From IMG/VR virus record IMGVR_UViG_3300046171_000328, positions 4,523 to 68,522 of that record: a DNA stretch of 64,000 nucleotides. One strand, 5' to 3'. The notes under the pieces were generated by a model. The model was given only the letters and a program-made list of their open reading frames with translations, had not been told where the DNA came from and did no database searches. The stretch is from a virus. Every line of letters begins with the position of its first letter. Positions within the stretch are counted from its first letter, which is position 1. The translations under genes and the position numbers were made by a program. Shown in pieces: positions 9,682 to 19,302 of this stretch.

Positions 9682-12120
9682 ATGCAGACCAATCTGATCA
9701 AAGAGCAGTTGGACATGGACAGCATAATGCTCTCCTTGCTCCGTTCCGGAAACATCGAAGAAGGCAAATCAAAGTCTCATCTCCAAGCGGCAATGATGAA
9801 GAAGTTTGGTGATGATCCACTCTACAAAGCCGTGATTATGTCCAAATCCAAAGCTGAAGGCGAGAAAGCTGTGAAGGGCCTGATCAGCGTGCGTGGGCCA
9901 CAGGCTATGCAGCAAATGAAAGACTATGCAAAGAAGCTGATGAACGAGTCTGTCGAGGTGGCTTCCCCACCATCTGACCAAACACCAACTACCGTTGACA
10001 GCACGCTCAAGGGGGGCACGGTTGCACCACAGCAGACCAACAGCGCTCCAGACATGGAAGGCCGAGAAGTCGAAAAGAACGACTTGGGGCCAGAGGCTGA
10101 TGGCAAGGAGATTGATGCTGTGAGCATGAAAACTGGCGGTGATATTACCCAACAAGGACCTGCGCCAGACAATCAAGGGCGTGAAGAAACACAGGAGACG
10201 ATGGGAGAAATGGCTCCAGAAGAGTCTCACTTGGAAGCTCCCAAGGATCATACACCCACGACTGTTGACAGCACCATGAAAGGCGGAGCCGTGGCTCCAC
10301 AGGCCACACAAGCTGCGCCAGACATGCAGGGGCGTGATCAAGGCGGAAATAGCAAACTGGATGAGAACTTTGGGCGCTACAACACCAATCACTCAACCCT
10401 GACTGCCGCCGTGGGACATGCACGCGATGTCGTGGGCAAAAAGGGCTTTACGATAGATGATGATGACTGGTTCCGTGAGATCTCCACAGGGCCTCGTAAG
10501 CCGGTGGAAGGAGCAACGAATAGGTATACACTCCAACTGATGAAAAACGGTGAGTATACCAATGATTATTTGCACATGCAGATCTATGGACAGCGCCGAG
10601 GATACGAATTGAACATGTATGGTTCCAAGGCTCCCAAGTCACGCAAGAAAATCAGGGAAACTACCGAATCGATTTCTGAAGAGTCTACAACGGAAATTAC
10701 TGAGAAATTAGATCGCAAGGAGCGGCGGGAAATTGTCCGCAGAATTGCTGAGAACAAAGCTAGCTTGCCCACCACTTCAGATCGTAAAGAAAAACGTGAA
10801 TTGGTGCGTGCGATTGCTGCAGACAAAGCCTTGCTTAGAGGCGAAATACCGGCAGGAGAAGCGTCTGAAACACCCACCTTCGATGCGTTGGTCCGAGGTG
10901 ACTTTGACCAGATGGACTATCAGGAATACCTCAAGAAGCTGGATGCGGCTTTTGCTGAGATCAATGAAGTCAATCCGTTGAAAGACCCAGCGATTCGTTA
11001 TGTTCGAACTCAATACAATAAAGCCGTTCAGGAGGGCCTTGCTATGGCTGATTCACTAGATCAGGTAGAAGAAAAAATGATGGCAGTTCTGGAATCTATT
11101 GGGGACCAGCGCCAGTCTCAGGAAATGATGATAGACGAAGAAGACGAGATTGAAGAGGCTGCTGGTGCAAAAACTCAATACGACAAAGGCCAAATCTCAA
11201 AGAAAGAAATGCAGGCAATGAAAGCCAAGGCTAAAAAACTTTTTGATGATGGACAAATTACAAAGAAAGAAATGCAGGCAATGTGTGAAGGCATGGAGTC
11301 TATCGCCGAAGCTGCTGATGAAAAACCAAAGAAGAAAACTTCCAAGGACACCGCAAACGTGGATGAGGATGAATTGGAAGAATTTGAAGATGACCAAGGT
11401 GATGTAGACAAAAAAACAGACGTGAAAAAGGATCTTGGCAAGGACAAGAAGAAGAAAGATGTCAAGGAGTCTTCACTGCTGGAGAGAGCCAAGGCGGCCA
11501 AGCAAGAGCTTCTGGAGTCTCAGGAAGAGCCAGAGCCGACTGATGAAGAGATCCAGACTCAGGCAGCTACCACACTGGCAATGGTGAAAGAGCAAGCTGC
11601 TAAAGAAGCCAGAGAGGCTTTGCTGATTGAACTCTACAGCGTAGACATCATCAGTGACGAAGTGCTTGAAAACTATGCAGAGCAAGAAGGCGAAGGAATC
11701 AACTACGCCGAAGGCGAAGAGCCAAACATTGAAAACATGCCGATGGTGGGTGAAGGAATCAATCCTCGGTTCTTGATTCGTGACAAAGAAAGCGGAGAAG
11801 TCTTTGAATCCAATCTGACCATGGAGCAAAGTCAGGCGCTCTTTGAAAAGCTCAACAACGTCAGCCCTGACCGATTTGTTGAAGAAGTGGACCGAAGTGT
11901 TCAGGAGGGGTTCCGCAGGCGTAGAGGCGGCTACAGCAATGATCCACGCATGATCACGGTTAAGTATCCGACAATGTGTCGAGAGACTAAAAAGCCTTTG
12001 AAGAAGGGCGATCAGGCATTGTACTACCCAAATGATAAGACCTTCTACCATCCAGATTCAAAGACCGCACAAGACTACCGAGAAAGGATGGACGATGAAA
12101 TGATGATGGGTGGCTACTGA
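9682..12120 (+). CDS. Acidic modular internal head protein (putative protease-processed polyprotein)
   Basis: 812 aa, many ES/EE junctions between small modules, internal repeats PTTVDSTxKGGxVAPQ and GQIxKKEMQAM; GGAG RBS; between darA and darB. Confidence 0.6.
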   Translation: MQTNLIKEQLDMDSIMLSLLRSGNIEEGKSKSHLQAAMMKKFGDDPLYKAVIMSKSKAEGEKAVKGLISVRGPQAMQQMKDYAKKLMNESVEVASPPSDQTPTTVDSTLKGGTVAPQQTNSAPDMEGREVEKNDLGPEADGKEIDAVSMKTGGDITQQGPAPDNQGREETQETMGEMAPEESHLEAPKDHTPTTVDSTMKGGAVAPQATQAAPDMQGRDQGGNSKLDENFGRYNTNHSTLTAAVGHARDVVGKKGFTIDDDDWFREISTGPRKPVEGATNRYTLQLMKNGEYTNDYLHMQIYGQRRGYELNMYGSKAPKSRKKIRETTESISEESTTEITEKLDRKERREIVRRIAENKASLPTTSDRKEKRELVRAIAADKALLRGEIPAGEASETPTFDALVRGDFDQMDYQEYLKKLDAAFAEINEVNPLKDPAIRYVRTQYNKAVQEGLAMADSLDQVEEKMMAVLESIGDQRQSQEMMIDEEDEIEEAAGAKTQYDKGQISKKEMQAMKAKAKKLFDDGQITKKEMQAMCEGMESIAEAADEKPKKKTSKDTANVDEDELEEFEDDQGDVDKKTDVKKDLGKDKKKKDVKESSLLERAKAAKQELLESQEEPEPTDEEIQTQAATTLAMVKEQAAKEAREALLIELYSVDIISDEVLENYAEQEGEGINYAEGEEPNIENMPMVGEGINPRFLIRDKESGEVFESNLTMEQSQALFEKLNNVSPDRFVEEVDRSVQEGFRRRRGGYSNDPRMITVKYPTMCRETKKPLKKGDQALYYPNDKTFYHPDSKTAQDYRERMDDEMMMGGY

Positions 12121-15100
12121 TCAATTAACTAGCACTGGAAAAGCAATGTCTGAAACAACTTTTACACCTCCAGCCGGTGTCGCTTCTGCCGCTAAGAGAG
12201 GTTTAGAGCTACGCCGAAAATTCAAACGTGGGGGGACCAGCGTTGGTGCAGCAAGGGCAGGCCAGCTTGCCAACAGAAATCCAGTATCTGCTTCCGTGAT
12301 CAAGCGCATGGTTTCTTTCTTTGCCAGACATGCGGTGGATGCGGAGGGTAAGGATTGGAACAACGAATCCAAACCAAGTAACGGGAAAATTGCGCATTTG
12401 CTTTGGGGCGGATCGGCGGGAAAGGCATGGGCTAATGCCATGGCCAAGAAAATCGACTCAGGGAATAAGAGCGTCAAAGAGGAGTACGAGAAAGGACTTG
12501 CTCTAGATCTGTTTGAAGAAAGATTTGCTGATCAGTTAATTTACGAAGAAACCTACCGTGAGCCTGAGTCTCAGGCAACGAGTCGCATTGAACGAGTGAA
12601 GAGTCTTGGACAACTAAAAAATGCCATTCGGATTGCCTTTGCCTCTACCGATGACATCCAAGCACAACTGAACACTCCGATTTCTGAATATCCATTCAAA
12701 CGCTCTGGAAGTTTCTTAGGCTTTGATCAAAAACCACTCACTGGGGGGCAACGTGAGGCTATCAACAGGGAGATCCTGCCGCTATTAGAAAAACCTTCCG
12801 ATGAACTTACAGATGCCGAGCGAGATCTAATTCGCCAGTATAGTGGTTTTGGTGGGACCAGTGGAGAAATTGAAGGTTCCAGTAATGTGGAAAGCGGAGT
12901 TGAATACGATTTTTATACTGCTAGTCCCGTGGCTCTATTTCAAGCCAAGCTGGTCAACAAGCTGGTGCAGATCAAACAAGGTGACCGTATCTTGGAACCT
13001 TCCTGTGGTGCAGGCGTTTTCTTTGATGTGCTACCTGATGGAGTTGAAAAGATCGGTGTTGAACTCGACAGCCGCACAGCGGCGGTAGCTCAGAGGATTC
13101 ATGGTGATTCGGTAGACATTCGCAATCAACCGATGGAGCTTTACCACCTTGAAGGAAATCCAGAGGTGTCAATAATTTTGGGGAATGCTCCCTTTGGACC
13201 CCGTGGCGACATCAAGCTACGAAATGCTGATGATCCGAAGGAAGGCAATCTGGATCGGTACTTTCTCAAGCGCTGTTTGATGCAGATCAAGTCAGGCGGA
13301 ATGATGTGCCTGCAGGTCCATAGCGGTGTCTTCCACAATCCAACCAACCGTGACTTTCGTCTAAAGCTGTTGCTGCTGGGCAAGTTCATGGGGGCTGTGA
13401 GGCTTCCAAACACGTCCTATGCCCATACTGGCAGCAACTTCGCCTCTCCGGACATCCTTATCTTTCAGCGTCATGACGAGCCATTTAAGAAGGCTCTGCA
13501 GCGAGTCTTTCATTCCAACCTGACGGAAGAAGAAATTACAACGCTATTGACCGCTTGTGGGCTGATGAATGACGCTTGGCTCAATGGGGCCAAGAAATAC
13601 TACATTGCCAATCGCCGGCACATGCTGGGAGAGGAAGTTGAGATTCCCGCCAGAGGTCGCACCACACGGGGAGAATTGCGTGCCGAAATTCTGGATGAGA
13701 TCTGGAGCAAGTTTAAGTTTGAAGAGTATCCGGAAGTCAACGCTGAACCACTGAACTCCGAGTTGATCAGGGGCACAGAAGAAAAGAAGCCGGCCACAGA
13801 TCGAATGATGCTCACACCCGATGAGCTTATCCTGCGTATGGATCGCCAGATCCGCACAGGCGCAACGAAAATTGTAGATGGCAACCTCTACATTCTGCGT
13901 GCTTCAACCGGTGTCAATGCGGTAGATGGAGAGTCTGAGGATCGGCCTTACTGGCAGTTGATCAACATTGCTGGCATTGCCGACAAGGTGGCTGCCATCA
14001 ACTTGATTGCAGATTCTGTTTCCAAGCTACGGGCTTTGTTTCATGGCAATGACCCAAGTGTGACAGACAAACAAAAAGCGATCATTGAAGCTCTGAAGGC
14101 TTATCAGAAAAAGTTTGGTGTTGCTCTCTTTGAAGATCCTGCTGTGCAGGGCTTGATCAAGCAGTATCCGGACATCGAAGGCATTATTGAGGCAACGACT
14201 CTGCAGGAGAGCAGGCAAACTGAAGACGGCGGGGAGGACCGCTATTGCTATTTGCTGAGTGCCGAGCCACCAGATGACAGCGGTGAAGAGTTTTCCGGCA
14301 ACCGTCCAGAAGTTGAGTTTCTGCGCAAGAATCGGCAGATGATGGGCAAGATGACCGAGCAGGCGGTGATTGGTCTGCTGGGGGCAGAAGCAGGCCAAGA
14401 CATGCTGAGATTGCTCTTTGAGAGCAAGTTTGTGTTTCCAGAGTTGGTAGATGGAAACTTGGTCTTTGTCCTCAAGGAGAACTATCTGGTGGGCCGTGTG
14501 ACGGTTCTGAGAGCCAAGCTGGAAGAAGAGCGAGAGTCAGCTACTTCAGAGGCATGGCGCGGCAAGTTTGCGCAAGCACTGGCCGAGTTGGAAAAGGCCA
14601 GAACCTTCAGTGAGTATGACAACATTGATGTTCAGATGAATTCAAACTTCATCAAGAATGATCAGATACAGCGCTACCTTGATCAGACGATCAATGCCAA
14701 CCTCTCAGAATTTCTCAAAGATGAAGATGATCGTGGGATTTCTTCAGCACACACCAACGACTACAGCGTTTATCAATTCGACAAGGACAATCTCCGGATT
14801 ACAGCACGGATGCTGCCTGATGACATCGATGGTAACGAACAAAGTTTCAATGATTGGGATGAACTCTTCACCAAATTCCGTGAAGGCCGCAAAAACATTC
14901 AAGCCTCATTGCCTGAACAACTGGAAGACTATACCAACGACCGCATGAAGGCTATTTACAATGACTTTTCGTACTATAATCGGCACGATACAACCCGTCT
15001 CGGCAGTTTGAATGGAGTTCGACTCGTATTGCGGAATTTTGGTGAAGATCAGGATCTCACCACCTTTCGGGCATCCAAAGTCCAAGCTGAGTACAGCCGT

Positions 15101-18100
15101 GAATTTGTCTGGTCTGTGGAGTCTACAGCACAGCAAAAGCCACAAGTTCAGGAATTGCTCAACAAAAAAATTGAAGAAGGCGTAATTGAAGCGGGTGAGT
15201 ACATTTACTATGACGAACTGCAGGATCGAATTTTCTCTGGTCAGATGAACAATGTGAAAGGTTTTATCATTCCGAATGACCGACGATATGGTAATTCTGC
15301 AGAACAGCCATTTGGCTCCAAGAAAAACGGGGCACATGCCACGAAGTATCTCAACAACCTCAACCGCATGTTAGCCGGCGGAAAGCCGGTGATTAAGAAC
15401 CAAGCGGACAAGTTGGCATTTGAAAAAGACTTCCATCAAAACTTCCGTGACTGGTTGGATGAAAATGACAATGAACAACGGGTAGTTGAAAAGTCATATG
15501 ATGAACGCAACAACGATGTTCTGAAGACTTCCAATATGGACTATCCAGTGGAGATCAAGGGCTGGAACTCCAAGGTCCAGTTGCGCTCTGTGCAGTGGCA
15601 GGCCATTCACCACTTGCTCAAAGGCCAAAAGGGAATTGCGGCCTTGGGTGTTGGTTTTGGGAAAACACTGGCCGCTGTGGGCCTCACAGGCGTATTGCTC
15701 CAAGAGAAGAGAGCCAAGCGTGTTTGGTGTCAGGTTCCCAACAACAAGGTCAAGGACTGGTCTGAAGAGTATAAGTTGGGCTTGCCCAATATAGAGTTGC
15801 TTTCTGCAAAGCCAGAGGATGCCAAAAACAAGCAGACTCGGATGAAGATTCTGAATCAACTGGCCAATGGGAATGCCTCGGTTTTGGTTATCCCCGAAAC
15901 GATTGGCACAGAGGTTCAGCTTTCAGCAGCAAAGGACGAAGAAATTGTTGAGATCCTTTTTCAGGATCAAATGCAATTTGTCACTGACGGCTCTCCAAAA
16001 CAGCGCAAGACCTATGCAACGAACTTGCGCAAGACTCTGGACACTTCCCAAGCACGCACAGCCAGTATCAATTTTGAAGAGTTCAAGTGTGATGCAATCA
16101 TTGTTGATGAGTTGCACCGTGAAAAAGCGCTCTTCAGTCCCTACCGAGTCAACACGCAAATCAGCCAACTGAACAAGAACGCTGATTCCACACGAGGCAT
16201 CAGCCTGCTCAAGAAAGAAGAATATCTGCGTCAAACCAATCCGAAGGGCAAGCCGAACACCTACGGATTGACAGCCACACCGATGACCAATTCTCCCTTA
16301 GAATTCTGGAACATGTTAGCGCACATTGACGCCGAGGCTCTGAGGGCCAACGGCATCAACGACTTGGGGAGCTTTGTACGCCAGTTCTGCATTCTTCGGA
16401 TGGAAATGCAACCGAACACCACAGGCGAGGGGTTGGTTGCACGACAGGTCCTCAAGGGCTTCAGAAACCTCGACCTGCTCCGCAAGGTATTTTATGACGT
16501 AGTAGACTACCAAGTCAGCCGAGAGGCGCTGGAAGCCGACTCCGAGTCCACATCAGGCGAAAAGGGGCGCAAGGCGGAAGTCCATGATGAAACACTTGCT
16601 CCAACACAAATGCTGCAGGACGTAACAGCATTCTTGAGAGCGCAGTATGAAAACCCCGAACTGGAAGAAGGGGAAGAGGAGGAGATGGAGGTTGAGGAAG
16701 GTGAAGAAGAGCAGGAAGAAGGGGTTGCAGCACAGACGGTAGACCAGAAACGCCGTGAGATCTGGCAGGACCTGCAGACCGCCGCTCTGGACTTGGAGAT
16801 GCTCGACCCTGTCAAGTACAAGGATGCCCCCAACAGTAAGCTCGACAAGATGATTGAGAACGTGATGAAGCATTGGACGGAATCGGGTAGTGGCCAGTTG
16901 ATTTTCTGTGACCGGATGAATGCTTCCAGAGGCCGTGGGGATGGGACTTACAATCTGCATGAAAAAATCAAAACACACCTGATTGATGCTGGTTTTCCGG
17001 CCAATAAAATTGCTTTGGTCAATGGGGCCGTCAAGGGTGCAGGAGACAAGCTATCCAAGGCTCAAGCACGGAAGATGGGTTCCTACATCGACCAGACCTG
17101 CGAAAAGTACAATGCCGGCGAACTGCGCCTGTTGATTGGCAACACGCCGTGTATGGGCGAAGGGTTGAACCTGCAGGCTGACAGTATTGCTGTGCATCAC
17201 TTTGACATTCCGTATCGCCCTTCAGATTTGGTGCAGCGCAATGGTCGAGTAGACCGGCAGGGCAATAAGCAGATGACTACTCATCTTTACAACTATAGCA
17301 CTGCTGGAACTCTAGACAGCTACTCACTGGTTCAAATCAAGCTCAAGGCAAACTGGCTTCAGGAATTACTCCAGTCCGATGTGACCGTCTGGGAGAATCC
17401 AGAAACAGATGCGTTGGCCAATGATCCACTAACGATTCAGATTTTGTTGGCTGAGTCTGCTGGTGATTTGGAAGCTCTGGAAGACTTGAAGATGCGAAGG
17501 GACCTGATCGTGACTCAGGCAGAGCGCAAGCAACGTGAAATCGATGCTGCAGACAACTTCAAGTCTCTCAACATTGCCATGAATGCAATGCTCAAGATGG
17601 AGCCAGATACACCGGAATATCGCAATGCGATGAAGCGTGTCAATAAGTTCAGGCGGGTTCTCAGGGACAATCCTGAATTCAAGATGCAGGAGCTACTGGA
17701 GGAGGACGCTGAACCGTTTATGATTTGGGGCAAACCCAAGAACGTCAAAGCAGCCGCACTTCGCAACGGAAGAACCGTGATCCGCAAGGGTGATTACTAC
17801 CACAACCTGCGAGGGAATCTACAGTCGTACTGGAAAGTTGTCGGTTTTGCTCCATCCACTCAAAAAGTCTTTTTGGAAGCAGTCAGTGAGTATGAGCCAA
17901 AGAAAGATCCTGATGATGAAAATGAACCGTTGCGACCACGCAAGGGGTATTTCTATGCCCTAGATGATCCGCCGTATGATGGAAGTGCTAAAAATCTTGA
18001 TCAACGAGGAAACTTCAAAAAAGTCCCCAGAGCGATGCTGGACCCAGAAACGATGGCGACTTTGGCAGCCACCACCAAAGGGGCAATGCAGGAAATGAGT

Positions 18101-18844
18101 GTCGATCAGCAGGTCAACGTTGTTCAAGCCATGCTGATGACGAGGTTGACCGATGAAGACGATACGTTTGCTATACGGAACTGGTTCAGAGACACACTGA
18201 ACCAGAACAATATTGATCCAAAATTCTTGTTGAATGGTCAATACTATGCCGTGGTTTACGGCAATGACATCTATTCTGGCAAGCCACTCCCTGCTGGCTC
18301 TGAAGGCTCTGAAGGCCTCAGAGAAGAATATGGCAAAGCCCTCACCATGCAGGGATTTATTCTACAAGGTTACCACATCAAAGACCGATATGCTGACCAT
18401 GAGAAATTCGCCAGACACCTATTCAAACATGGAGAGAGTTCTAAAATCTTGACACCACCACTGGGCGAGACTCCAGAGAAGTTCTCCTCTCACCTGATAA
18501 AATACATTCAGAAATTACGGACGAGCGCAGCCTTTCAACTGACAGCATCCCGTGATGATTCGAAGGATTTCCGCGAAATGCTGACCAATGATAATGACTT
18601 CATTCAGTGCTGGGCCGAGCATCTTGAACTCTTTGCCAGAACGTATGGCAGAAAGGTGATGAGTCAGGGACGTGGCAGTGGAAAGCCGGATACCCAATGG
18701 GACCGCTTCTACTTTGAGTTGTTCATGCCTCTGTCGATGCGCTCCAGAGATTTCCATGATGCCTTGACAGAATACATTCGTGGGAAGTACCCAAATAAAG
18801 ATGAATTCGACTTTAACGGCAAAACGTCATATAAGTTCTTTTGA
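12110..18844 (+). CDS. darB: DarB-like N6-methyltransferase plus SNF2 helicase
   Basis: ILEPSCGAGVF and GNAPF methylase motifs; GVGFGKT, DELH, LTATP, GEGLNLQ, QRNGRVDRQG helicase motifs; 2244 aa, followed by ulx. Confidence 0.9.
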   Translation: MATDQLTSTGKAMSETTFTPPAGVASAAKRGLELRRKFKRGGTSVGAARAGQLANRNPVSASVIKRMVSFFARHAVDAEGKDWNNESKPSNGKIAHLLWGGSAGKAWANAMAKKIDSGNKSVKEEYEKGLALDLFEERFADQLIYEETYREPESQATSRIERVKSLGQLKNAIRIAFASTDDIQAQLNTPISEYPFKRSGSFLGFDQKPLTGGQREAINREILPLLEKPSDELTDAERDLIRQYSGFGGTSGEIEGSSNVESGVEYDFYTASPVALFQAKLVNKLVQIKQGDRILEPSCGAGVFFDVLPDGVEKIGVELDSRTAAVAQRIHGDSVDIRNQPMELYHLEGNPEVSIILGNAPFGPRGDIKLRNADDPKEGNLDRYFLKRCLMQIKSGGMMCLQVHSGVFHNPTNRDFRLKLLLLGKFMGAVRLPNTSYAHTGSNFASPDILIFQRHDEPFKKALQRVFHSNLTEEEITTLLTACGLMNDAWLNGAKKYYIANRRHMLGEEVEIPARGRTTRGELRAEILDEIWSKFKFEEYPEVNAEPLNSELIRGTEEKKPATDRMMLTPDELILRMDRQIRTGATKIVDGNLYILRASTGVNAVDGESEDRPYWQLINIAGIADKVAAINLIADSVSKLRALFHGNDPSVTDKQKAIIEALKAYQKKFGVALFEDPAVQGLIKQYPDIEGIIEATTLQESRQTEDGGEDRYCYLLSAEPPDDSGEEFSGNRPEVEFLRKNRQMMGKMTEQAVIGLLGAEAGQDMLRLLFESKFVFPELVDGNLVFVLKENYLVGRVTVLRAKLEEERESATSEAWRGKFAQALAELEKARTFSEYDNIDVQMNSNFIKNDQIQRYLDQTINANLSEFLKDEDDRGISSAHTNDYSVYQFDKDNLRITARMLPDDIDGNEQSFNDWDELFTKFREGRKNIQASLPEQLEDYTNDRMKAIYNDFSYYNRHDTTRLGSLNGVRLVLRNFGEDQDLTTFRASKVQAEYSREFVWSVESTAQQKPQVQELLNKKIEEGVIEAGEYIYYDELQDRIFSGQMNNVKGFIIPNDRRYGNSAEQPFGSKKNGAHATKYLNNLNRMLAGGKPVIKNQADKLAFEKDFHQNFRDWLDENDNEQRVVEKSYDERNNDVLKTSNMDYPVEIKGWNSKVQLRSVQWQAIHHLLKGQKGIAALGVGFGKTLAAVGLTGVLLQEKRAKRVWCQVPNNKVKDWSEEYKLGLPNIELLSAKPEDAKNKQTRMKILNQLANGNASVLVIPETIGTEVQLSAAKDEEIVEILFQDQMQFVTDGSPKQRKTYATNLRKTLDTSQARTASINFEEFKCDAIIVDELHREKALFSPYRVNTQISQLNKNADSTRGISLLKKEEYLRQTNPKGKPNTYGLTATPMTNSPLEFWNMLAHIDAEALRANGINDLGSFVRQFCILRMEMQPNTTGEGLVARQVLKGFRNLDLLRKVFYDVVDYQVSREALEADSESTSGEKGRKAEVHDETLAPTQMLQDVTAFLRAQYENPELEEGEEEEMEVEEGEEEQEEGVAAQTVDQKRREIWQDLQTAALDLEMLDPVKYKDAPNSKLDKMIENVMKHWTESGSGQLIFCDRMNASRGRGDGTYNLHEKIKTHLIDAGFPANKIALVNGAVKGAGDKLSKAQARKMGSYIDQTCEKYNAGELRLLIGNTPCMGEGLNLQADSIAVHHFDIPYRPSDLVQRNGRVDRQGNKQMTTHLYNYSTAGTLDSYSLVQIKLKANWLQELLQSDVTVWENPETDALANDPLTIQILLAESAGDLEALEDLKMRRDLIVTQAERKQREIDAADNFKSLNIAMNAMLKMEPDTPEYRNAMKRVNKFRRVLRDNPEFKMQELLEEDAEPFMIWGKPKNVKAAALRNGRTVIRKGDYYHNLRGNLQSYWKVVGFAPSTQKVFLEAVSEYEPKKDPDDENEPLRPRKGYFYALDDPPYDGSAKNLDQRGNFKKVPRAMLDPETMATLAATTKGAMQEMSVDQQVNVVQAMLMTRLTDEDDTFAIRNWFRDTLNQNNIDPKFLLNGQYYAVVYGNDIYSGKPLPAGSEGSEGLREEYGKALTMQGFILQGYHIKDRYADHEKFARHLFKHGESSKILTPPLGETPEKFSSHLIKYIQKLRTSAAFQLTASRDDSKDFREMLTNDNDFIQCWAEHLELFARTYGRKVMSQGRGSGKPDTQWDRFYFELFMPLSMRSRDFHDALTEYIRGKYPNKDEFDFNGKTSYKFF

Positions 18845-18867
18845 ATAATCTTTTTTAGGGGTGAAAA

Positions 18868-19302
18868 ATGGAAGTAGACCCAGTCACTGGAATGCAGCAC
18901 CGCTATGATCTCGCAACTTTGCGAGAGGGTGTGGACCGCATCGAAATTCCTCACACACAATTCCTCAACGATAAAGCCCGAAACATTGCCGAAATGTTGC
19001 GCAATGATCCCAAGTGTCATGAGCGCTTTGGTATCTACTGGTTTGTGATCAAGGAACTCTTGGTCAATCGGGCTTATGATTCAGACGCATGGTGGCGTTT
19101 CAACAGCCGCAACGATTACATCTACGAACTGACAGACCGTGGTGACGAATTGCTGAGTATTTTGCAGGGGCTTTACTACTTTGAAGAAAACTGGTCTGCC
19201 ACGGCATCACAATACTACTACCGAGACGGTGTGGCGTGGCACTACTCTGTCACCGATGAAGACTTTTTGAATTCTGGTGCAGGCGTGGAGCTTCCATCAT
19301 GA
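18868..19302 (+). CDS. ulx: Ulx-like DarB packaging chaperone
   Basis: LRNDPKCHERFGIYWFVIKELLVNRAY resembles recalled P1 Ulx LKNPRLYRSYGPYWPEIKKLLLERGY; similar size and position after darB. Confidence 0.8.
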   Translation: MEVDPVTGMQHRYDLATLREGVDRIEIPHTQFLNDKARNIAEMLRNDPKCHERFGIYWFVIKELLVNRAYDSDAWWRFNSRNDYIYELTDRGDELLSILQGLYYFEENWSATASQYYYRDGVAWHYSVTDEDFLNSGAGVELPS

